A stretch of DNA of 64,000 nt, taken from NCBI GenBank assembly GCA_015522685.1, contig WALU01000035.1, positions 32,001-96,000 of the forward strand. Direction: 5' to 3'. The position numbers were made by a program, and so were the translations under genes. The notes under the pieces were generated by a model. It had not been told where the DNA came from, ran no database searches, and saw nothing but the letters and a program-made list of their open reading frames with translations. This document shows, one piece after another, positions 48,191 to 57,159 of the stretch (position 1 is the first letter of the stretch; each line of letters starts with the position of its first letter). This DNA comes from Thermoproteota archaeon. GTDB lineage: Archaea; Korarchaeota; Korarchaeia; Korarchaeales; Korarchaeaceae.

Positions 48191-48805
48191 TTATATCTCC
48201 TTTTTAACTATCTTCCCCTTAGGCTTGACTTCTGAGAAGATTTCCGCTGGGAATATGTATACTTCAGTACCGCTATATAGCCAGCAATCTTTCCACAATC
48301 CAGCTTTAAGGCAAGTTTGACTGAGGAATTCAGTGGAATTCCATGAGTATTCCGTTGCAACTTGTGGAAGTAATAGACCAGAATAGAATCCCCTTTTGAT
48401 TATTAATCCATGATTTCCAATCCTAATCATCTTAGGTAGACTTTCTCTATCAACGACTTTATCATCTATTCTTTTAGGCGGGGTTAATATTGACACTTCT
48501 ACTGTTACACTGCCCAGCTCATCTTTAGATAGAGGAGGGAACCTTGGATCTTCAAATGCTGCTGCTACAGCTGCTCTAATGACAGCTTGATAGAGAGGTA
48601 AAATAGGCTCTGGATAGCCTATGCATCCCCTTAACGTGCCATCGGGAAATGTATTCAGAGTAACAAATGCACCAGATGGTTTCTCTAGTTTGGTATAAGA
48701 TGGTGATTTGATTTTAGGAAATACGCCTTTTATCATATAAGTTTCGATAGATTTCCTAGCTAATTTAACTAGGTAAGTCCCTTCTTCTAACGAGAATTTA
48801 TCCAT
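48191..48805 (-). CDS. AMMECR1-domain protein
   Basis: GAFVTL, LRGCIGY, AAFEDPRF.PL, EVSILT, GLLLPQVA, CLKAG. Confidence 0.93.
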   Translation of the reverse strand: MDKFSLEEGTYLVKLARKSIETYMIKGVFPKIKSPSYTKLEKPSGAFVTLNTFPDGTLRGCIGYPEPILPLYQAVIRAAVAAAFEDPRFPPLSKDELGSVTVEVSILTPPKRIDDKVVDRESLPKMIRIGNHGLIIKRGFYSGLLLPQVATEYSWNSTEFLSQTCLKAGLWKDCWLYSGTEVYIFPAEIFSEVKPKGKIVKKEI

Positions 48806-48809
48806 AAGA

Positions 48810-49676
48810 TCACCTCCTTAGCAAGGCTACTGGATTGCCCAAACTTCCCCCGACATTCTCAGCTAATGCTTCGCATTTAAGGGTCGTCAAGTAAAATACT
48901 GGTGCTCCTAAATCTATCTCTGTTAATGTTTCATAATTAGCCATGCCTTTGGCAATAATTAGCCTTGATGATTCAAGAATGTTCATATTTATCTTGCTCT
49001 CCTTCTCAATCATTACCCCAAGGGGAGATTCGAGAGCGAATACGTATGAGCTGTTATAAATATTTTTTAACTCATCGTATGTTATATCATCAGCTGCTGG
49101 ATTTTTCTTAGCAAATATATAGACTGTTTTGCCTATTATCTCAAGATAATTCGCAAGTATTAGGTCAACGGGGACCTCGTGAGCATTATCTAAAATCAAA
49201 GAGATTATATCGCTGGAACTCATTCTAGAAATCAAGTCAAAAGCCTCCTCTGAATGATCTATCTGTAGATCCTTCCTTATTGTCTTCATAAATCGGTTTA
49301 CTAGATCAGATTCACCATGAAGAGGAACTTCATAGCCATTCATGGCTGATGAATTTAGTACAAGCCATCTAAATCTGTGATAGCCTTCTGGTAAGTTAGA
49401 TAACTCTTCATTGATCAATGGAACTATTTTCTCATTTATTACCTTAATAAGTTGATATTTAATGCTTTTATATGGGTCCTTCTCCCCAGAGAATTTCTGT
49501 AATAGTAATTCTTTATAGTATGCGATATGGGCAGGTGTAGGTGCACTATCAAGCTTTTCATCGAGAATTTTCACTACCTCTCTGATGAAGGATAGTCTCT
49601 TATTGGGCTGTAATATTCGAGCCTCTCTCGCAGCTACTTTGAGTATGCATGCAGGACATCTATAATCTACTTTCAT
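48810..49676 (-). CDS. DUF89/ARMT1-like damage-control phosphatase
   Basis: CPAC, DPYK..K, LDNA.E, DDIT, IAKGMANYETL, LKC. Confidence 0.87.
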   Translation of the reverse strand: MKVDYRCPACILKVAAREARILQPNKRLSFIREVVKILDEKLDSAPTPAHIAYYKELLLQKFSGEKDPYKSIKYQLIKVINEKIVPLINEELSNLPEGYHRFRWLVLNSSAMNGYEVPLHGESDLVNRFMKTIRKDLQIDHSEEAFDLISRMSSSDIISLILDNAHEVPVDLILANYLEIIGKTVYIFAKKNPAADDITYDELKNIYNSSYVFALESPLGVMIEKESKINMNILESSRLIIAKGMANYETLTEIDLGAPVFYLTTLKCEALAENVGGSLGNPVALLRR

Positions 49677-49730
49677 GTCTCTCGGGAGTATGACCGAAAA
49701 ATTGATTAAAATTTAAGGGGATGTAATCTT

Positions 49731-50420
49731 ATGATTGAGACTCCGAGGCTCTTGATCAATCTTAAGGCTTATTTAGAATCTTCAGGAGATAGTGCTTTGA
49801 GAATAGCTAAAGCTGCTGAGAAGGCATGGAGAGAGACGAATATACTTATTGGAATAGCGCCCAATATAATATATCTGAGGATGCTAGCTCTTGATGTTGA
49901 AATACCTGTATATGCCCAGCATATAGATCCCGTCAGTGTTGGAGCCCATACAGGCCACGTACCACCAGATCTCGTAAAATCTGTGGGAGGAAGTGGATCC
50001 TTAATAAACCATTCTGAGAGGCAGGTTGGCTTGCATCATATAAGTGAGGTAGTTAAAATGCTAAGAGAACTCAATCTCTCTTCAATAGTATGTGTTCCAA
50101 CTCCAGAGGAAGCTGCTGCTGTATCAGCCTTAAATCCAAATGCTATTGCTATAGAACCTCCTGAACTTATAGGAACAGGAGTATCTGTATCAAAGGCTAA
50201 GCCAGAAGTCGTAGTAGATTCCTTGAAGGCTGTTATTGATGTCAATCCGAATGTAGATCTCTTTTGTGGCGCTGGGATAACTAATGAAGATGATGTAAGA
50301 GCCGCTATAAAGCTAGGAAGTTATGGTATATTAGTGGCATCTGCTATTGCTAAGAGTCCAGATCCTTACAAAAAAATTAGAGAATTAATAAAACCTTTTA
50401 TTGAGATCACTCGGGCTTAA
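49731..50420 (+). CDS. tpiA: Triosephosphate isomerase (archaeal type)
   Basis: INLKAY, YAQH, GSLINHSE, AIEPPELIGTG, CGAGI. Confidence 0.95.
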   Translation: MIETPRLLINLKAYLESSGDSALRIAKAAEKAWRETNILIGIAPNIIYLRMLALDVEIPVYAQHIDPVSVGAHTGHVPPDLVKSVGGSGSLINHSERQVGLHHISEVVKMLRELNLSSIVCVPTPEEAAAVSALNPNAIAIEPPELIGTGVSVSKAKPEVVVDSLKAVIDVNPNVDLFCGAGITNEDDVRAAIKLGSYGILVASAIAKSPDPYKKIRELIKPFIEITRA

Positions 50421-51504
50421 ATCTATCCTTGAGTTTCTCTAATACCTTTGGTAAGGTGGTATACTCCATTTCCTCAGGTCCTAATCTATGGGGCATAAAA
50501 GGTCCATGCCTTCTCATGTAATCAGTTACGAGATTAGCCATTCTCCTAGTCTCATCGAATGCTACATCAGAGAATAGATCACTTGGGCCTATGAGCTTGG
50601 AGCTTTGAACCTGAAAGCCCAGAGCTATTATTCTAGGCGGCCCATCAAACCTCGTAGGTCTTGCATCTGCTTCAGAGACCGGCATTAGAGGTCCATTATG
50701 TGATCCTCTCATCCAACCAGCAACTAGGAAGGGAAATGAATATGGTTCTAGGACCTCACCTAAGGCAGGAAAGCCACTCTGCGCTCTCACTATTGCTACA
50801 GGGTCATCTTTCCCTACATACTTACCAGCAATGAGATTTAGCCTAGTAGTACTTACACATGCTGCTATCTCCCTATCCGATTTCCTAAAGATCCTTCTCA
50901 CTAGATATCTATTAGGAGTTCCTATAAGAGATAAAATGCCATACATCTCCTCTGGAGAAGACATCTCCACTACTTTACTCTCTATAACATCCATTATTTC
51001 GAATATAAAGCCATTATGCAGCCTAGGATCTATTACTAAGCCTGCCGTATTGAATGGATCAGCAAATGTCTTAAACATTGGAAGATTGAATGCTCCTGGT
51101 TCCGTCTTATCGGCCATGAATATAACAATAGGGTCAGAAGGCCTCTCTTCAAACTCCATCTCTGCTACTCCTGGGCCCATTCCTTTAAGGTTTCCTGAAA
51201 AAGCGTCCTTTAGGAGATCTTGACCAGCACCATATAAACCTAATTCTTTAGCTACCTCTGTAGCCTTCTTAAATGTATTCCAAGCAAGCTCGTGTATTTC
51301 AGGATTCTCTACTCCCTTCCTATGAGTCATAACCAGCTGAAGGTCATCTCCAACTGAGGTTACATAGAAATCCTCTATGAGTCTGCTATCCTTGGCCTTA
51401 GATAATTCTTCTGTAGCTATCTTCTTAAGCCTAGGATGAACAATGTGATGACCTGCAAGACCCCCTACATCTGCTTTTATGACTGAAACTGTAGTCTTTA
51501 CCAT
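50407..51504 (-). CDS. fbp: Bifunctional fructose-1,6-bisphosphate aldolase/phosphatase
   Basis: SVIKADVG, GDD, YGAGQDLL.DAFSGN, DKTEPGAFN, YVGKDDP, GWMRGSH.GP, EMEYTT. Confidence 0.96.
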   Translation of the reverse strand: MVKTTVSVIKADVGGLAGHHIVHPRLKKIATEELSKAKDSRLIEDFYVTSVGDDLQLVMTHRKGVENPEIHELAWNTFKKATEVAKELGLYGAGQDLLKDAFSGNLKGMGPGVAEMEFEERPSDPIVIFMADKTEPGAFNLPMFKTFADPFNTAGLVIDPRLHNGFIFEIMDVIESKVVEMSSPEEMYGILSLIGTPNRYLVRRIFRKSDREIAACVSTTRLNLIAGKYVGKDDPVAIVRAQSGFPALGEVLEPYSFPFLVAGWMRGSHNGPLMPVSEADARPTRFDGPPRIIALGFQVQSSKLIGPSDLFSDVAFDETRRMANLVTDYMRRHGPFMPHRLGPEEMEYTTLPKVLEKLKDRFKPE

Positions 51505-51571
51505 ATGGGATCACCCTTATTATTCAGAGTAGAGGAATATTAAAGTAGCCTAAGAAATACCTCTCAAATGT

Positions 51572-52216
51572 TCAATTGAATACTAAATACCCGTCCTCAG
51601 CCAATATCCTTCTAAGCTTATATACAGCCCTTTTTACGTCAGATTCCTTCTTAGCACCAGTGCATACTAAACTACCTGATGCAAATATGAGGAATACGAC
51701 ATCTGGATCTCTCATCCTGAATATCAACCCAGGAAACTGCTCCGGCTCATAGAGCGTGTTGGGTAGTTCTAGAGCTAGTTTTTCTATATCTACCTTAATG
51801 AATAATCTAGCAGAAGCAACTATGTTCTCTGCTTTTATGAGGGGCCTTCTTTTTACATCTATACCATGTTTTTTGAGGACTCCTATTGCTGCATTAATGG
51901 CTCTAGCTGATTCTTCAACAGATTTTGTACCTGTACAGACGAACTTACCGCTACTAAAAAGGAGTAAGGCTGCCTTAGGCTCATCTAATTTAAGAACTAA
52001 TCCTGGAAACTTCTCTGGATCATATCTAGACTTCTTAATCTTTCTAGCTATTTCATGGAGATCTAGCCTTTGCCTAATATCTGCAGATGATACCACATTT
52101 TGTATAGTGATCTCAGGATCCTTTAGCCCACTCAGCATTTTTTCTATATCTCTCTCCTTAGAAGTTCTCTCTTCTATTAATCCGCCTTTATCATTGTCAA
52201 GTGACATATTTCTCAA
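51572..52216 (-). CDS. tbp: TATA-box binding protein
   Basis: Two TBP repeats: NVVSS..YDPEKFPGL..SGK..CTG and NIVAS..YEPEQFPGL..SG..VCTGAK. Confidence 0.96.
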   Translation of the reverse strand: MRNMSLDNDKGGLIEERTSKERDIEKMLSGLKDPEITIQNVVSSADIRQRLDLHEIARKIKKSRYDPEKFPGLVLKLDEPKAALLLFSSGKFVCTGTKSVEESARAINAAIGVLKKHGIDVKRRPLIKAENIVASARLFIKVDIEKLALELPNTLYEPEQFPGLIFRMRDPDVVFLIFASGSLVCTGAKKESDVKRAVYKLRRILAEDGYLVFN

Positions 52217-52345
52217 CTCATTGTTATAAAGATGGTCTATTATATAAAAAGGAGATCGATGATGCAGAGGGAGATAAATAACTCAAATAAATGAACATAT
52301 TCATAGAAAATCCTTAAGCTAATTTACCTATGAAGATTGCATATC

Positions 52346-52894
52346 TTATAGCTTCATCTGATCTTCATTATCATCAATCTCTAAGCCTTCTCCTGCGCCC
52401 ATCCTCTGAGAATATTCATACAGCACTATTCCTATTATTATCCCTATTATAGCTAGTTTAGCTGGAAGACTTTGTAGGATTTCTAGGACTCCTCCTATGT
52501 AAGGGACTCTAAATATCGCCTTTCCGTAGATATCATTTATAGTTCTATAGCTAGGATCCATGATCAGATTATTGTCGCCCTTTGTGAAAAATATTGGACC
52601 GTTAGGGCCTATAGATATCCTCACGATTCTATGTACTATAAGGGAGCTAGACCAAGGAACCCTAAATACTATTATATCCCCCACCTTAAGCTGATAGGGA
52701 TCTGCTTTCACAACAATAAGTAAATCGCCTACATCTAATGTGGGTCTCATGGAACCAGAGGTGACTACTGTAAACGGCGATTCTACTCCTGTAAAAAGGG
52801 GAAGAGCTGCCTTGAAAAATAGTAAGAAAATGATAAAAAGTACAGCTAGAGTTACTAACTCCTTCCCAAGCCATTTATTAGCATCTTCTGCCAA
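52346..52894 (-). CDS. Signal peptidase I (Sec11/SipW type)
   Basis: SGSMRP, GDIIVF, IVHR, TKGDNN. Confidence 0.93.
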   Translation of the reverse strand: MAEDANKWLGKELVTLAVLFIIFLLFFKAALPLFTGVESPFTVVTSGSMRPTLDVGDLLIVVKADPYQLKVGDIIVFRVPWSSSLIVHRIVRISIGPNGPIFFTKGDNNLIMDPSYRTINDIYGKAIFRVPYIGGVLEILQSLPAKLAIIGIIIGIVLYEYSQRMGAGEGLEIDDNEDQMKL

Positions 52895-52895
52895 T

Positions 52896-53039
52896 TTAAA
52901 TCGCCTTAACTACCTTAGGTTCCTCTTTTCTTACTTTTCTTAGTATCCTATAACCACAACGAGGGCATTTGAAGTCTTTGAAGTATTCCTCCATTTCTTC
53001 TTTAGTAAAGGTATATCCACATCTTAGGCATTGATACAT
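52896..53039 (-). CDS. rpoP: RNA polymerase subunit Rpo12/P (not in ORF track, 47 aa)
   Basis: MYQCLRCGYTFTKEEMEEYFKDFKCPRCGYRILRKVRKEEPKVVKAI: zinc ribbon and RIL.K.R...VKAI; GGTGA SD upstream. Confidence 0.93.
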   Translation of the reverse strand: MYQCLRCGYTFTKEEMEEYFKDFKCPRCGYRILRKVRKEEPKVVKAI

Positions 53040-53083
53040 TGCTCTCACCAGTAGAAAATCTGGATCTGATCGCTATCATAAAT

Positions 53084-54100
53084 TTATTCTTGTGCTTGAG
53101 AAGATACCTTAATTTTCTCCGAAACCCTTCTTTTTATCTCTGAAAGCCTCTCTTCCTCTATCTCCTCCAACCATTCCTTTCTAGCTTTTTGTATTAGCTC
53201 CTTATACCTATTTCTCACAGTTACTTCAGTGACGTTGGCGGCTTGAGCTAGCTCCCTCTGTGTCCTGTGAATTCCTAGCTCCTGGCATGCCATATAAACA
53301 GCAGCCGCTGCAACACCAACAGGCTCTCTTCCCATAGTAGCTCCATTTCGCTTAGCTATCTTAATTATTCTGATGGCCTGTGTAGCGATTTCCTCAGGTA
53401 AATTAAGCTTAGAGCATATAAGATAAACAAAGTTCTCTGACTTTGGTGGGGGGATCTGTATACCAAGCTTCCTAAAGAGGAATCTAAAGCTTCTTCCAAC
53501 CTCCTTTTCCTCTAGTGAGAAATATCTAGATACTTCCTCTAAGGTTCTTGGAACATCTGTTCTCCTGCATGCGGCATATATGACGGCTGCTACCATAGCA
53601 TCCATACTCCTTCCCTTAACTAATCCGGCACGAGCAGCCATTCTGTATAGAGTAGCAGCATCTTCTACAGTTTCCTGTGGTATATTCAGAGATTCAGCGG
53701 CATCCCTTATCTTCCTTAAAGCAGGCTCTACTGTTTTTTCCTTAGAATCAGCTACGTGTTTTTGAGTTCTTTTTAGCTGATTTACAGATTTCTTACTTAA
53801 TCCACGAGTAAGTGTTATCTCTGTATCTAGACCAAAACTAGGTCTTAGGGGAGTAACTGGAGCACCTGCGTGCGCTCTCTCCATATATTCATCTGAATCG
53901 AAGGCTCTCCAATCTTTAGAAAAGTTAAGTATACTAGAATCGATAATTAGGCCGCAATCTTGACATACTAGATCACCGGTTTCAGGATCCTCTACTATAT
54001 TTGTGCTACCACATCGAGGACAACGAAATTCCTCCTCAGCTTCAGAAGATTTTTTAGCCTTTCCACGTTTCTCCTTAGATTTAGACAGATAAGACACCAC
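53084..54100 (-). CDS. tfb: Transcription initiation factor IIB
   Basis: CPRCGS..CQDCG zinc ribbon, WRAF, KGRS, PRTL.E, GREP.G.AAA, RTQ.E.A, TEVTVRNRYKEL. Confidence 0.96.
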   Translation of the reverse strand: MVSYLSKSKEKRGKAKKSSEAEEEFRCPRCGSTNIVEDPETGDLVCQDCGLIIDSSILNFSKDWRAFDSDEYMERAHAGAPVTPLRPSFGLDTEITLTRGLSKKSVNQLKRTQKHVADSKEKTVEPALRKIRDAAESLNIPQETVEDAATLYRMAARAGLVKGRSMDAMVAAVIYAACRRTDVPRTLEEVSRYFSLEEKEVGRSFRFLFRKLGIQIPPPKSENFVYLICSKLNLPEEIATQAIRIIKIAKRNGATMGREPVGVAAAAVYMACQELGIHRTQRELAQAANVTEVTVRNRYKELIQKARKEWLEEIEEERLSEIKRRVSEKIKVSSQAQE

Positions 54101-54122
54101 CCAACTTAGTAAATTGCCGAAT

Positions 54123-54150
54123 AGTATATCTGATATACTTTTATAAACTT
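54123..54150 (-). promoter_or_regulatory. tfb promoter (BRE/TATA) with abutting perfect palindrome
   Basis: Minus strand reads AAAG-TTTATAAA followed by AGTATATC-N-GATATACT (54123-54139). Confidence 0.55.
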
Positions 54151-54320
54151 TGCGGTAATATTATATGTATTAGTATTTATGGCAATATAACTTTAATTTA
54201 ATGTCAATATGCTCTCATACAAATACTTCATTGGATTAATATCAAAGAAAGATATATTCGGCTAGTAAGATATATTGGCATACATAAGGTTTTTAGATCC
54301 ATAGACCTCATTAAGAATCA

Positions 54321-54394
54321 GCGGCCGTAGTCTAGCTTGGATAGGATGTCGGCCCTCCAAGCCGGAGACCCGGGTTCAAATCCCGGCGGCCGCA
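54321..54394 (+). tRNA. tRNA-Gly(TCC) with non-canonical C33
   Basis: GCGGCCG/CGGCCGC acceptor stem, anticodon loop CC-TCC-AA, TTCAAAT. Confidence 0.88.
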
Positions 54395-54416
54395 TCACTT
54401 ATTAGGTGATATCCAG

Positions 54417-54752
54417 TTGGAGGATGAAATAGAAAGTAAGATATCTAAATTAGTGCGGGAATTGGCTAGAAAATATGGTTTTAGAACAGATAAAGCCTTA
54501 GACATAATAGCTGACCTCACTATTACCTTCATAAGATCCATTTTATCATCCAAGGAGAAATTATCTTCATTATCAGATCTTTTAGGGGAAGAAGATGAAT
54601 GGAAGTACGTCGCTTTTTCCGTAAAAAGAACTCCTGTTTGCTCAAGCCCCTGCTTGATATCTCTAGATCTTGAAGGAGTTGTCAGAGAATATGGTTTTGG
54701 AAACCTCCATTATTTTCTCTTACTCAAGCATATGTGCGGGGGAAATGATTGA
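54417..54752 (+). CDS. Hypothetical protein
   Basis: GGTGA SD before TTG; overlaps the next gene by 4 nt. Confidence 0.65.
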   Translation: MEDEIESKISKLVRELARKYGFRTDKALDIIADLTITFIRSILSSKEKLSSLSDLLGEEDEWKYVAFSVKRTPVCSSPCLISLDLEGVVREYGFGNLHYFLLLKHMCGGND

Positions 54753-56419
54753 GATCAGCGTATCTGCTAATGGTTATAATTCTATTCTCATGTGTTCCAT
54801 TAAATAGTTCAAGAAGCTTACCACAAGTGTATTTAGCTGGCGATATTAAAACTGCAGCATATTATACATCCTCATTAAATAATAGCTATAGGATAGTCCT
54901 TTCAAATAACATAACTAAGACCAAACTAAGGCTGAAGAGAATAGGTACGCTAATGAAAGAAGTTGCAATGAAAAAAAATATTTACATTAAAGGGCTAAGC
55001 CCTAAAGAGCTAGCATACCTCTTAGTTTACTTGCATGAGATCAATAAGCCAGATGTTTTGTATAATAAAAGCAAAATACATTCCATATTAAGCAGATTAG
55101 GTGATATCATTAAAAACATCTCTAGTAGAAGATCCAGCTATGCAATTTTGTTTTTCAGTTCAGATGGGGATTATTATGCAATTTTAGCAGCTTATGCAGC
55201 AATATTAAAAAAAGCTAGAATGATAGATATGGATTATATTAAAGTTAATCCAGCATCGTTGAGAGGCGTAGATTATATGATCATGATTACGAAACCCTTG
55301 ACTAACATTAACTATGGGAGGTATGATAAAGTTCTGAAATTGGCATTAGGCATAGATAATGATCCATATTTAGATTCATCTCTCGGAGTAATAACGGGAG
55401 TTACAATAGATACTCCTTTCATACTTCTCTTGGGATCAACTTTCATCTCATCTATGTCAAGTAAAGCAGTAAGAGGCATTTCTTTAGAAGATGATCTCCC
55501 CTTAGCTCGTAAGATAGAATATGTTTCTTCATCCTATGGCTATAATTCTAAGATAATTCACCCTAATATAAGATATAGTAATATAACTCCTGAAATTGCA
55601 TTATCAATATTAAATGAGGCGGAAGGCGGCATAATTTACTTAAATTTACATGGAAATCCGTATGTGATGGCTTTAAAGAGTGACAGATACCCAATAATCA
55701 CATCTTCTCTCATAAGGAGAGCAGAGATAGATGCTTCTATAATAATCACATTATCTTGTGATACTTTGAGATTTTCAGAACTAGAAGATCCGGGCAGATT
55801 AATAGCTTACTCTATGCTCCAAGCTGGAACTTTTGCTTACGTTGGCTCCAGAAAAGTAGAATTTAGCATAAGTTCCGAAGCAGGTACGTCCTATCCTGAT
55901 CTTCTTCTCTTGATGCTCATGAATGGATACTCCATAGGAGAGGCTGTTATGACCATCAATAACTTTCATATAATGGAGTTTCAAAAGGCGGGCATTAGAA
56001 ACACTGAGGCAGCTTATGAGATTCTTCTAGGGGATCCTTCTCTGAAATTAAGAAGTAATACTATGTTTCCGTATAGAGTTCAGCGTATAGCTGGCAGGAA
56101 ATATGAAATCTATATATTAAGTACTATACCTACGGTGTATGTTAGACTTACGGGCCTGCAAGGAAATGTAAGGGATATCCATATTGAAAGCAAACTTCCA
56201 TCTACCTATTATGTATGGTATGTAGATGATAGGGGTGTGTCTATCTATATATCAACACTCTCCTCAAGCTATAGTGGCTACTTTCCTAGAAAATCAGGTA
56301 TTCTAATAGAAATACTAGCAAATCAATGGTATCTGGAGCTAATACCATACATAGCAATTCTGCTAACCATAATCTTATTTCTAGGAATGATTCTGTATTC
56401 CAGGAAAGATCACGAATAG
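54749..56419 (+). CDS. Secreted membrane-anchored peptidase C25 (gingipain)-like protein
   Basis: Signal peptide, YLNLHGNP (His), TLSCDT (Cys), AYVGS, SIGEA, ILLGDP, C-terminal TM. Confidence 0.72.
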   Translation: MRSAYLLMVIILFSCVPLNSSRSLPQVYLAGDIKTAAYYTSSLNNSYRIVLSNNITKTKLRLKRIGTLMKEVAMKKNIYIKGLSPKELAYLLVYLHEINKPDVLYNKSKIHSILSRLGDIIKNISSRRSSYAILFFSSDGDYYAILAAYAAILKKARMIDMDYIKVNPASLRGVDYMIMITKPLTNINYGRYDKVLKLALGIDNDPYLDSSLGVITGVTIDTPFILLLGSTFISSMSSKAVRGISLEDDLPLARKIEYVSSSYGYNSKIIHPNIRYSNITPEIALSILNEAEGGIIYLNLHGNPYVMALKSDRYPIITSSLIRRAEIDASIIITLSCDTLRFSELEDPGRLIAYSMLQAGTFAYVGSRKVEFSISSEAGTSYPDLLLLMLMNGYSIGEAVMTINNFHIMEFQKAGIRNTEAAYEILLGDPSLKLRSNTMFPYRVQRIAGRKYEIYILSTIPTVYVRLTGLQGNVRDIHIESKLPSTYYVWYVDDRGVSIYISTLSSSYSGYFPRKSGILIEILANQWYLELIPYIAILLTIILFLGMILYSRKDHE

Positions 56420-56455
56420 TATTTATAAAGAGATTCAGTTAATGGTAAGGGGTGG

Positions 56456-56530
56456 GCCCCGGTAGCTCAGCTTGGTTGGAGCGCCGCCTTGGTAAGGCGG
56501 AGGTCGCGGGTTCGAATCCCGCCCGAGGCT
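56456..56530 (+). tRNA. tRNA-Thr(GGT) with C4:A69 acceptor mismatch
   Basis: GCCCCGG/CCGAGGC, anticodon arm CCGCC-TT GGT AA-GGCGG, TTCGAAT. Confidence 0.92.
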
Positions 56531-56553
56531 TCATTTGCAAAGGGTGTGTTACA

Positions 56554-57150
56554 GTGGTACTAGCTACAGCAATTGGTGTGAAGTTTAAAGATGGAGTGGT
56601 CCTAGCAGCTGATAGGAGAGTATCTTACGGCACTTTCGTGTTGAGCAAATCAGCTAAGAAAGTTTTCTTGCTTAATGATAAGGTTGGTATTTCGACAGCA
56701 GGCTTACCGGGAGACTTTCAAGAGCTTATTGATGTGGTCAAATTTAATATGACCATATATGAATTAGACCATGAGAGAAAGGCTAGCCCAACTAATGTAG
56801 CCAAATTACTTTCTCTCTTATTATATCAAGGTAGATTTAAGGGTATATATTACACTGAGCTTATAGTGGGAGGGGTAGAAGGGGGAGTCCTTAAGATACT
56901 GGTTTTAGATCCTGCTGGCGGGCTTATGGAGGAGAAATTCGCGGCTGTAGGCACTGGGGCTCAGATTGCCACAGGAATCTTGGAGAGAAGATATAAGGAC
57001 AACTTATCTGGAGATGAGGCTTTAAAACTCGCCGAGATGTCAATGAGAGAGGCTATATCTAGAGATGCTTTATCTGGTGACGGTATAGATATGTTGCTTA
57101 TATCTAAATCAGGTACAAAGGTGATATATATACCTCTCAAAACCGCGTAG
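56554..57150 (+). CDS. psmB: Proteasome beta subunit, non-catalytic type
   Basis: ATAIG replacing TTTVG, GVVLAADRR, AGL.GD.Q, RDALSGDG; start reassigned to GTG 56554 downstream of the tRNA. Confidence 0.9.
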   Translation: MVLATAIGVKFKDGVVLAADRRVSYGTFVLSKSAKKVFLLNDKVGISTAGLPGDFQELIDVVKFNMTIYELDHERKASPTNVAKLLSLLLYQGRFKGIYYTELIVGGVEGGVLKILVLDPAGGLMEEKFAAVGTGAQIATGILERRYKDNLSGDEALKLAEMSMREAISRDALSGDGIDMLLISKSGTKVIYIPLKTA

Positions 57151-57159
57151 GGATTTACA

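Noticed and set aside
54100-54320. AT-rich gap as a replication origin
   Set aside because: No ORB/G-string consensus and no adjacent cdc6/orc1; explained by divergent promoters.
56452-56553. Long propeptide on the proteasome beta ORF
   Set aside because: It is translated tRNA-Thr sequence.
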